Assembly (NCBI GenBank): GCA_963768655.1
Contig: CAVYIM010000003.1
Coordinates: 384,001-448,000, forward strand
DNA from: an uncultured Chloroflexia bacterium
Lineage (GTDB): Bacteria; Chloroflexota; Limnocylindria; Limnocylindrales; CSP1-4
DNA: 64,000 bases
Reading direction: 5' to 3'
Within the stretch, counting starts at the first letter, position 1. Each line of letters starts with the position of its first letter. Shown here piece by piece: positions 56,411-64,000 of this stretch. The position numbers were made by a program, and so were the translations under genes. Under the pieces are notes generated by a model, which did no database searches, had not been told where the DNA came from, and saw nothing but the letters and a program-made list of their open reading frames with translations.

Positions 56411-57312
56411 CACTTCACCTCGGCCGATTCGCGGCCGTACTGGGCCAGGAACGTCTCCTCCAGGCTGGGCTCGCGGCTCAGGAAGTCGGTCACGCCCAGG
56501 CGGGCTGCCGCCTCGACCACGGGCGTGATCGAACCGAAGACCCGCAGCCGGAGGACGTGGTCCTCGACCTGGATGTCGCTGACCCCGGCCAGCTTCGCGA
56601 AGTCGGCTGCCGGCGGATCTCCGACGAAACGCAGCTCGACCTGGTGATGAGCCAGGTCGCGCAGGGCGTCGACCCGGGCGACCTGGACGAGGCGACCTTC
56701 TCGGATGATGGCCACGCGGTCGCAGCTCCGTTCGACCTCGCTCAGGATGTGGCTGGAGAGGAAGACTGTGCTGCCGTCCGTGACGGCCTCGCGCATCACC
56801 GAGAAGAAGGTCTGCTGGACGAGCGGGTCCAGCCCGGCCGTGGGCTCGTCCAGGAGGAGCAACTCGGGCTTGTGCTGGAGTGCGGCCACCAGGCCGACCT
56901 TCTGCTTGTTGCCCTTGGAATACTCGCGGTACCGGCGGCTCGGGTCCAGGTCGAAGCGTTCGATCAGCGACGCCTGGTAGACGCGGTCCACGCCGCCGCG
57001 CAGGTTGCCGAAGTAGTCGAGGGTCTGGCCGCCGGTCAGTCGATCGTACAGAGCGAACTCTCCCGGCAGATAGCCGAGCCGCCTATGGATCGCCGCCGGG
57101 TCGGCCGAAGACTCGATGTCGAAGAGAAAGGCCTTGCCGCTGGTCGGCCGGATCAGGTCCAGCATGGTCCGGATCGTCGTCGTCTTGCCGGCGCCGTTGG
57201 GCCCGAGAAAGCCGAAGACCTCGCCCTTCTCGACGTCCAGGTCCACATCGACAATTCCGCGGTGCGAACCGTAGAACTTGGTGAGCTTCTCGGTCCGAAT
57301 TACGGCGGCCAT
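56410..57312 (-). CDS. ABC exporter ATP-binding protein
   Basis: GPNGAGKTT, YSKGNKQK, LLDEPTAGLDP, SSHIL. Confidence 0.95.
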   Translation of the reverse strand: MAAVIRTEKLTKFYGSHRGIVDVDLDVEKGEVFGFLGPNGAGKTTTIRTMLDLIRPTSGKAFLFDIESSADPAAIHRRLGYLPGEFALYDRLTGGQTLDYFGNLRGGVDRVYQASLIERFDLDPSRRYREYSKGNKQKVGLVAALQHKPELLLLDEPTAGLDPLVQQTFFSVMREAVTDGSTVFLSSHILSEVERSCDRVAIIREGRLVQVARVDALRDLAHHQVELRFVGDPPAADFAKLAGVSDIQVEDHVLRLRVFGSITPVVEAAARLGVTDFLSREPSLEETFLAQYGRESAEVK

Positions 57313-57681
57313 GTGCTCTCTCCGAACGAACAGTCGACATCCGAATTCTCGTCCTTTCCGAAATCCCGGTCCATGACGCAGGCGCGCCCGAACTGGGTGG
57401 CAGGAGCGATCTCCCTCGGGCCGAGCCCGGTCGAGCGCCCGGGGATGCGGGTCCCGAGGGCCGTCGAAAAGATGTGGCTATCGGATCGCCGGGCCTGACT
57501 CGCTCCGGTGCGCAAACGCGCCAGAGATTCGCCGCGCCCGCTCCAAGCCCGCGGTGTCACGGCCTCAGCTCGCCCCGCGCCGGCCTGCGGCCCTCTTGCG
57601 GTGAGAAAGCAACGGGGTAGGATGCAGCGGGATGCGTTGAGGTAGGCGCGTCCTGTTGTTGTCTCGGCGGAAGGAGCCGGT

Positions 57682-59655
57682 GTGATCACGGGGGATGGCA
57701 AGGCGGGCTGGCGAGCCAGGCTGGTAGTCGAGATCAGCACGATCGACACCAGGATTCTGTGGGCCGCGGGTGCGGCCCTGTTGGTCGTGGCCGCCATCGC
57801 GACCGCCGCCAATGCGCTCGATCTGGCCATAGCGGGTGCCGCCACGACGGTCGTGGCTGTAGCCGCGGCCGATCTGGGCCTCGCGCTTCTGGCCCTCGGG
57901 TGGCTGGCTCCGAGCGAACCCGCGACGGGAGCGGCCGCGGACGAGATCGCGGCGCCCGTGGCTGAACCGGCGCCGGCGACTTCGTCTTCGGACGTCGGTA
58001 CGGTCGAGCCCGAGCCCGTCGCCGCCCGCCGCAAAGCGGGCGGCCGAGCCCGTGTCCGGATGGAGCCCGCCGACGAGAAGCGGTACCGCGAGCTCGCCGT
58101 ATTTGCCGGGCGCGGCCCTGTGCCGCAATCGGCTCTCGAGGCGCTCTGGGGATCGCAGGGTCTATCGCCAGAGAGAATCATGCAGTTCATCGGCCGGCTG
58201 GTCGAGCGTTCGCTCGTGCGGCCCGGGAACGATGGCACCGTCATCGTCGACGAGCAGGCCGATGCGGCTGGCGCCGATTCGGCCGCCAGCCGGAAGACGG
58301 CTGCGACGACCCACGGGCGGCTCGTCGACGGCTACCAGTCCCGCTGCCCGGGTGGAGCATGGTGGCGGGGTCCGAACGACGGCTACTTCTTCGAGAACAT
58401 CGCCTACCACATGGCGGGGGCCAACAGAGCCCGCGAACTGAACGGCTTGCTCCTCGACTACGACTGGCTCCGCGCCAAGCTGGCCGTCAGCGGCATCATT
58501 CGCCTGCTCGCCGACTTCGCCTGTCAACCACTGCCACCCGACGCCGAAGCGGTGGACAAGGCGCTCGTGAGCTCGGCGGCATGTCTGGCCGCCCGTCCCG
58601 ATCGGCTGGCCTCGCTGCTGGCCGGCCGGCTCATCGGCCTTTCAAGCCCCGGGATCGATCGCCTGCTCGATCAGGTGCGCGAGCGGGCCCCGAGGCCCTG
58701 GATCTGCCCGCTCGCCTCAGCCGCCAAGGCATCGGCCAAGTCGCCGCGCGGCGCGATGCCCCGTCACGACGGCGCGGTGCGCGCGCTGGCGGTCACGCCC
58801 GATGGTCGCCGCCTCGTGACGGGCGGCGATGACCACGCCATCCGTATCTGGGATCTGGCAAGTGGCCGGCAGGAGCGCACGCTGCAGGGGCATATCGATT
58901 CGGTGCGGGCGGTGGCGGTCACTCCCGATGGCCGGCGTATCATCTCCGGCGGCACGTACGACGTCGTCAGAGTCTGGGATCTCAGGACCGGTCTGCTCGT
59001 GCACACACTTGCGGCCCAGGCCGGATGCCGCGCCATCTATGCGGTTGCCGTGACGAAGGATGGCCGGCGGGCCGTGTGGGCTGGCGCGGGCTCCTCGATC
59101 CAGGTCTGGGACCTCGCGGGCGGTCGGGCCGAGCACACGCTCATGAGCCGGGATGGCAACGTTCGAGCCCTGGCGATCACACCGGACGGCAAGTTCGCAC
59201 TCTCGGGCGGCGACGGCGGCATCGTCCAGGTTTGGGACCTCGGTACCGGCCTCCTGGCGCGGGCGTTGGACGGCCACGCCAGCCCCGTGCTGGCCATCGC
59301 TGTCACGCCCGATGGACGCCGGGTCGTCTCGGGCGGCCACGACAACACGGTTCAGGTTTGGGACCTGGCCAGCGGCCGGCTGGAACTGATGCTGTGGGGT
59401 CACACCGGCCCGGTCGACGCGGTGGCGGTGACTCCGGACGGCAAGCGGGTCCTCTCCGGCGGCCTCGACCGGACGGTGCGGATGTGGGACCTGTCCGACG
59501 GTCGCGAGATTGCCTCGTGGAGCCCCGAACCCGGGTCGGAAGATAAGCCCGATCCTGCCGTCACGACTTTCTGCTCGGTCCCCGGCGGCCCGCCGCAGGT
59601 CGCCTGCGGCGACTCGGCCGGCTACATCCGGATCCTTCGCCTGCTCGAGGCTTAG
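57682..59655 (+). CDS. Membrane-anchored protein with Apaf-1-like winged-helix/helical domains and seven WD40 repeats, no NTPase
   Basis: SD AAGGAG plus GTG; two hydrophobic helices; RYRELAVF..P..LW..LVERSLV; HGRLVDGY..DGYFF..AYHM..LLDYDWLRAKL; WD40 units AVTPDG..WDL. Confidence 0.85.
   Translation: MITGDGKAGWRARLVVEISTIDTRILWAAGAALLVVAAIATAANALDLAIAGAATTVVAVAAADLGLALLALGWLAPSEPATGAAADEIAAPVAEPAPATSSSDVGTVEPEPVAARRKAGGRARVRMEPADEKRYRELAVFAGRGPVPQSALEALWGSQGLSPERIMQFIGRLVERSLVRPGNDGTVIVDEQADAAGADSAASRKTAATTHGRLVDGYQSRCPGGAWWRGPNDGYFFENIAYHMAGANRARELNGLLLDYDWLRAKLAVSGIIRLLADFACQPLPPDAEAVDKALVSSAACLAARPDRLASLLAGRLIGLSSPGIDRLLDQVRERAPRPWICPLASAAKASAKSPRGAMPRHDGAVRALAVTPDGRRLVTGGDDHAIRIWDLASGRQERTLQGHIDSVRAVAVTPDGRRIISGGTYDVVRVWDLRTGLLVHTLAAQAGCRAIYAVAVTKDGRRAVWAGAGSSIQVWDLAGGRAEHTLMSRDGNVRALAITPDGKFALSGGDGGIVQVWDLGTGLLARALDGHASPVLAIAVTPDGRRVVSGGHDNTVQVWDLASGRLELMLWGHTGPVDAVAVTPDGKRVLSGGLDRTVRMWDLSDGREIASWSPEPGSEDKPDPAVTTFCSVPGGPPQVACGDSAGYIRILRLLEA
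58765..59650 (+). repeat. Seven WD40 repeats (~42 aa period)
   Basis: Six clear V.A.A[VI]T.DG..W DL units plus a degenerate seventh (CGDSAGYIRIL). Confidence 0.9.
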
Positions 59656-59808
59656 GCCGGGCGGCGCCGTACAGCAACGTCATCCCGGCCGGCCGGCCGA
59701 AGCCGCGGCCGCCGCGCAGTCCGTCGGCGGCCGGCGCCGACCCGCGGCACGCCGCGTGGAGCGTCACGGCTAACATGGACCCGTCGGAGCAGCCAGTGGG
59801 AGAGAGGC

Positions 59809-60243
59809 ATGATCGACGAGTCCACCGCTGTTGGAGCGCGTGTCCTGGAGCGGCTTCGCCGGGAGCGGGTCGTCTGGATGACCACCGTGGATCGAGGCGC
59901 GCCGCAGCCGGCGCCGGTCTGGTTCCTGTACGAGCGCGGCGTGGAGGGCGAGCGGATCATCGTCTACAGCAAGACCAACGCTCGCCGCATCGCAAACATC
60001 ATGGCGGACGCCAAGGTCGCGCTGAACTTCAACTGCACGCCGGGCGGTGGGGACGTCGCGGTGATTCGCGGGTCGGCGCGGATAGCGCTGGAGTTGCCGC
60101 AGGTGCCCGAGTTCGAGGCCTACCGGGCCCGCTACCGCGATTGGATCGAGGAGGACAAGGCCTGGGGCGGAACCTTCGAAGGCTTCGCCGCGCAGTACTC
60201 GGTGCCGATCGAGATCACGGAGCTTGCCGTCTGGGGCTGGTAG
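59809..60243 (+). CDS. PPOX-class probable F420-dependent enzyme
   Basis: RL..ERVVWMTTV, PQPAPVWF, NI....VALNF, G.A, YS..I. Confidence 0.85.
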   Translation: MIDESTAVGARVLERLRRERVVWMTTVDRGAPQPAPVWFLYERGVEGERIIVYSKTNARRIANIMADAKVALNFNCTPGGGDVAVIRGSARIALELPQVPEFEAYRARYRDWIEEDKAWGGTFEGFAAQYSVPIEITELAVWGW

Positions 60244-60450
60244 CAGAGTCCGCGCGCCGGCCAGACCGGGAGGCGCTGTCCCGCCAGACGGGAAGCCCGG
60301 CCGCGTAATCTCGCGTTCGTCTCACCGCGCAGCCCGATCTGGCGGCTTGAAACCTGCGGCAGCCTGACCGACCGACAATCTCCCGGCCGCCGATCCCGGG
60401 CGTCCCACCGGTACGGCCGAAACCTTGATCTGCGGCGGGGAGGATCATCC

Positions 60451-61197
60451 ATGCATCTGCTGCAAAGGTTGCGTTTCGGATCGCGCCGTGGCGTCGCCAG
60501 TCTTCTCGTAGCGGCCGCGATCGCCATGCTGGTTGCCGGTTGTTCGGCCGGATCGCCCACGCCTGCGCCCGCAACGACAGATACGGTGGCCGGGGCCACG
60601 GCCACCGCGGCGGCGACCTCCCCAGCCACGCCGCCGGCTACCGACACGCAGCCGGCTACCGATACGCCGCTGGCCACTGGCACGGCGATGTCGACGCCGA
60701 TGTCGACGCCAACGCCCGCCGCCACGGCCAAACCCAAGCCCGCACCAACAGCCACGCCCCTGCCGCCACTGGCCGTCGGCCTGTGCAAGGGCTCTCAGCT
60801 GACGATGGCGATCACTCTTTGGGAGGGCGGCTCGGGCGATTCCTACGCTCACGTCACGGCCACCAACAAGTCGTCCTCGAGCTGCAACATGCGGGGCACG
60901 TCCGAGGCCCAGATCGTGGACGGCCACGGGCACGTCATCGCCGACGCTGGGCACTCCGCGGCCAAGGTGTCTTCGGGCGACCCGATCTACACGCTCAGCC
61001 CCGGCGGGGCGATCAACACCATCGTCGACTGGGGTAACTGGTGCAAGTCGAGCCCGGCGCAGAAGATCGCCGTGGCGATGGTCCAGCCGTTCGGTCTTGG
61101 GCGGTTCGTCTCGAAGCCGCTCGGGGACGGGCCGATCCCGATGTGCTACTCGACGAGCATGGCCACTCAGTTGAGCTCGGAGGCATGGCTGCCGTAG
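60451..61197 (+). CDS. Lipoprotein with PT linker and DUF4232-like domain
   Basis: Lipobox LVAGC; C..QL, GGSG, TNKSSSSC.MRG, LSPG, W.NWC. Confidence 0.75.
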   Translation: MHLLQRLRFGSRRGVASLLVAAAIAMLVAGCSAGSPTPAPATTDTVAGATATAAATSPATPPATDTQPATDTPLATGTAMSTPMSTPTPAATAKPKPAPTATPLPPLAVGLCKGSQLTMAITLWEGGSGDSYAHVTATNKSSSSCNMRGTSEAQIVDGHGHVIADAGHSAAKVSSGDPIYTLSPGGAINTIVDWGNWCKSSPAQKIAVAMVQPFGLGRFVSKPLGDGPIPMCYSTSMATQLSSEAWLP

Positions 61198-61960
61198 ACG
61201 GCGCCGCAGGCGCGGCGGGCACTCGCCTCTCGCGGCCCACGCGACTTTCCCGCTGGACGAGCGCCGCTCTCTCGGCCCTCCGGCCGGAGGATCTTGTCCT
61301 GGCGGGCTGGGTCGCGCTGGCCAATCCGGTGCTGGCTCAGGCGCAGGGCAGTGGAGATCCGTTCGCGTCCGGCCGGCCGATCGACGGCCTGATCCGACTG
61401 GCGGGCGTCGCAGGCGCCCTGATCTGCCTCGGAACTCGCACCGCGGGCCGGCCGGCCGGCGCCGACCAATCGATCCTGACCGGGGGCGCCGCCGGACCTG
61501 CCGTGGGCGGGCTGATGCTCGTTGGAGCGAGCGGGCTGGCGGCCCTGGGACTTGCGCCGGAGGCCGCGTTCGTCCGCTCTTCGGAGTCGTTCTCCTGCTG
61601 GTCCTGCTTCGAGACCACCTGCCGGCCCTTCCGACGGCGACGCGCAGGGTGCTCATCACGCCGTTCGTGCTGGCCGCGGGCGGCATCTTATGGAGCTTCG
61701 TCCGGGGCATCACCGGAAGCGCGAGCGGAGGCGCGGGCTCGCTCGGCGACATCGCCTCGCTGTTGGCCCAGGCGCCGGCCGTCGCGCCGGTGCTCGGCCT
61801 CCTGGTCCTTGGCGCGGCCGTCTATTACGCCATGCTCGTTTACGCCCCGCGCCAGATAGCGGAGCGTGAGGGCGGGCCGCTCGCCTGGGCCGCCCGGTAT
61901 GCGCTCTTCCTGGCCAGCATCGGGCTTGGGTTCGGCTGGCTGGGGCTGCTGGGGTCGTAG
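61185..61960 (+). pseudogene. Multi-pass membrane protein, frameshifted near 61572
   Basis: Hydrophobic N-part in frame of 61185 switches at ttcgtccg to the frame of 61649 (PLFGVVLLLVLLRDHLP..YAPRQIAE); restoring one G joins them. Confidence 0.7.
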
Positions 61961-62070
61961 GGCCGAACCTGCGGCGCTCGAACCCGCGGACGATCCCGGC
62001 GCCCGGCGCCCGGCGCCCAGCGCTGCTCTAGACTCTCGCCGCGACCCCCGAGTACTCCGGGGACGAGATC

Positions 62071-62892
62071 ATGATCAGGGTTCATCAACACCCGCTCCTG
62101 TCGCGGCTCGGGACGATCGTGCTCCTCGCGCCGCTGGCGCTGCTGGCCCTTTCGGGTTGCAGCGGCGCCGCACCGACGTGCGCTCCGGGCGACGGCTCTT
62201 GTCTGAGGGTCCTCTTCATCGGGAACAGCTATACGTACGTGAACGACCTGCCAGGGACCCTCGCCAACCTTGCCCGGGCCGGCGGCCACACGATCCAGAC
62301 CGACTCTCTCGTCGCGGGCGGAGCGACGCTCGCCGATCACCTCGCCGACCCGGCCACGACGCCGAAGCTCGACTCGCTCATGTGGAACTTCGTCGTGCTG
62401 CAGGAGCAGAGCGAGACGCCGGCCGTCGAGTCCTGGCGCGAGTCCACGATGTATCCGGCGGTCAGAACCCTGGTCGCCATGGTTCGGCAGAGAGACGAGA
62501 CGCCGATCCTCTTCATGACCTGGGCCCACCGCGACGGACTGCCCGACAACGGCCTGCCCGACTACGAGTCCATGCAGCAGTCCATCGACCGCGGCTACGT
62601 GTCGATCGCGGCGGAGCTCCTGGCGCCGGTGGCGCCCGTCGGCGTCACGTGGTTCGTGGTGCGGCGACAGAACCCGGACATCGACCTGTGGCAGGACGAC
62701 GGCAGCCACCCATCGACCGCCGGCACGTACCTGGCGGCGTGCGTCTTCTACGCAGCCCTGTTCCGCCAGTCTCCCGAGGGACTGGGCTTCACCGATGGGC
62801 TTTCCACCGACGCGGCCTCGGTCCTGCAGAAGGCCGCTGCCGGGACCGTCCTGCCGAACCCGGCCCAGTGGTGGTTGCCCCAGACCGGGTAG
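62071..62892 (+). CDS. SGNH-hydrolase-like lipoprotein
   Basis: Lipobox ALSGC; VLFIGNSYT, VVLQEQS, TWA, DDGSHPS. Confidence 0.85.
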   Translation: MIRVHQHPLLSRLGTIVLLAPLALLALSGCSGAAPTCAPGDGSCLRVLFIGNSYTYVNDLPGTLANLARAGGHTIQTDSLVAGGATLADHLADPATTPKLDSLMWNFVVLQEQSETPAVESWRESTMYPAVRTLVAMVRQRDETPILFMTWAHRDGLPDNGLPDYESMQQSIDRGYVSIAAELLAPVAPVGVTWFVVRRQNPDIDLWQDDGSHPSTAGTYLAACVFYAALFRQSPEGLGFTDGLSTDAASVLQKAAAGTVLPNPAQWWLPQTG

Positions 62893-62905
62893 GAGCCGGC
62901 TCGGG

Positions 62906-64000
62906 TTACGACTGCGGCTCGAGCTGCCCGCCGCCGGCCAGGCTGTAAGTCTTGCCGCCGAGGCCGGAGTTCGCTGCCAGGCTCGCGTCGTACGTGACCG
63001 TGTGGCCGTTCCCGTGGACGTTCGCGATCGTAGTTCCAGAGATGCCGCTCGAGTCGGTCAGGCTCGTCAGCTTCGAATTGCCGGTGACGTTCCAGACGCT
63101 CGTCGCGTCCAGGGTCAGCGCCGCCGAGTCGATTTTGCCGGTGAGCGTGGTCCCGTCCTGCAGCGTCGCCGCGATCGAGCTGGCGCTGTCGCTCACCAGA
63201 TCACCCGTCATGATTTCGCCTTCGGCCGTGAAGACGACCGTGCCGCCGTTCGAGCCGCTGGTGCCCCAGCTGCCCGCGGCAGCCTTGATCAGAACGCCGC
63301 TCGCGGCCGTGACCGTCACACCCTTGAGCGTTATCACGCCGGTGGAGTTGGTGACGTAGAAGAGAGGCCCGGTGGCAGCCGTGTTGCTGAGCGAGCCGCC
63401 GGTCATCGTGAAGGTGCCTTTCGTCCCGGCGGCGTCGCCGGACATGCTCTGGTAGATCATGACGCCCCACTTGTCGGCCACGCTGGAGGTCAGCGTCGCG
63501 TCGGTCAGGGTGATCGAGTTGCCGCCCTCGATGACGGCCGACTCCGAGCCGGTCGAAGTGTAGGTGCCGCCGGTGGCGGTGATCGCGCCGGTCGAGTAGA
63601 TGGCGGGGGAGTTCTGCCCGGAGGTGGTCGCCGTGCCGCCGTTGACGGTGATGGTGCCGCCGCCACGGTCAGTGGCGATGGCGGCCGAGCTGGCGCCGGC
63701 CGTGGAGATGGTTACGTTGGTCAGGTTGACCGTGCCGCCGCCGCTGGCCATGGCGCCGTGGGCATACTGGCCGGTCGCCTTGATCGTGGCGCCGGAGACG
63801 ATCACCGAGGCGCTCGATCCATAGGCGAAGACACCGTTGGCGCCGTCGCCGGTCGTGGTCACGGAGCCGCCCGTCATCGTGATCTTGCCGCCGGACTGGG
63901 CCAGCACGCCGGCGTCCAGGCCGTAGAAGCTGCTCTCATCGCTCGACTTGCTGGCTCCCGAGGTCGAGACCGTGGCGTCGGTCAGGGTCAGCGATCCCGT
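62906..64000 (-). CDS. Thr/Gly/Ser-rich beta-helix (autotransporter passenger-like) protein, 5' end outside the window
   Basis: Frame open to the window edge; SSFYGL, ANGVF, AHG, AIATDRGGG, SPAIYSTG, WNVTGNS.LTSL; no beta-barrel at the C-terminus. Confidence 0.8.
   Translation of the reverse strand, partial: TGSLTLTDATVSTSGASKSSDESSFYGLDAGVLAQSGGKITMTGGSVTTTGDGANGVFAYGSSASVIVSGATIKATGQYAHGAMASGGGTVNLTNVTISTAGASSAAIATDRGGGTITVNGGTATTSGQNSPAIYSTGAITATGGTYTSTGSESAVIEGGNSITLTDATLTSSVADKWGVMIYQSMSGDAAGTKGTFTMTGGSLSNTAATGPLFYVTNSTGVITLKGVTVTAASGVLIKAAAGSWGTSGSNGGTVVFTAEGEIMTGDLVSDSASSIAATLQDGTTLTGKIDSAALTLDATSVWNVTGNSKLTSLTDSSGISGTTIANVHGNGHTVTYDASLAANSGLGGKTYSLAGGGQLEPQS

Noticed and set aside
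58765-59520. Periodic DNA repeats as an array or mobile element
   Set aside because: Fully explained by WD40 protein repeats
60348-60378. TGAAAC...CGACAA as an ECF promoter for the DUF4232-like lipoprotein (likewise GATAC...CCTCTTA at 9640-9670)
   Set aside because: Spacing is 2 nt longer than the AAC-N17-CGTC pattern seen elsewhere; too weak to list as a feature

Overview
High-GC bacterial chromosomal segment of about 59 CDS. Gene style (DarA/PstA, F420-dependent enzymes, many ECF sigma/anti-sigma pairs, Pro/Thr-linker lipoproteins) suggests a monoderm such as Chloroflexota; this is inference only. No rRNA, tRNA, CRISPR array, integrase or transposase was recognised. Housekeeping genes include pdxST, tmk, aspC-like aminotransferase, malic enzyme, ald and pgm. 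Most notable: (i) a cobalamin-riboswitch-controlled ECF transporter operon led by two membrane-tethered surface proteins that look like the separated alpha-barrel and beta domains of a transcobalamin-like B12 binder; (ii) a membrane-anchored Apaf-1-like WHD/helical/7xWD40 protein lacking the NB-ARC NTPase; (iii) a divergent pair of cyclic-dinucleotide receptors (degenerate GAF-GGDEF with intact RxxD site, and DarA plus a NUDIX) with back-to-back -10 boxes; (iv) four ECF sigma modules, three with clear ECF-type promoters and three with unclassified anti-sigma candidates, one carrying a triple 4-Cys repeat; (v) a split AmmeMemoRadiSam locus; (vi) an OmpR-type two-component system with 11-bp-period direct repeats upstream of htrA, upstream of its own operon and upstream of an unannotated small membrane ORF. 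Two or three single-indel frameshifts suggest assembly errors or recent pseudogenisation. All functional calls come from motif recognition by eye, with no database searches.
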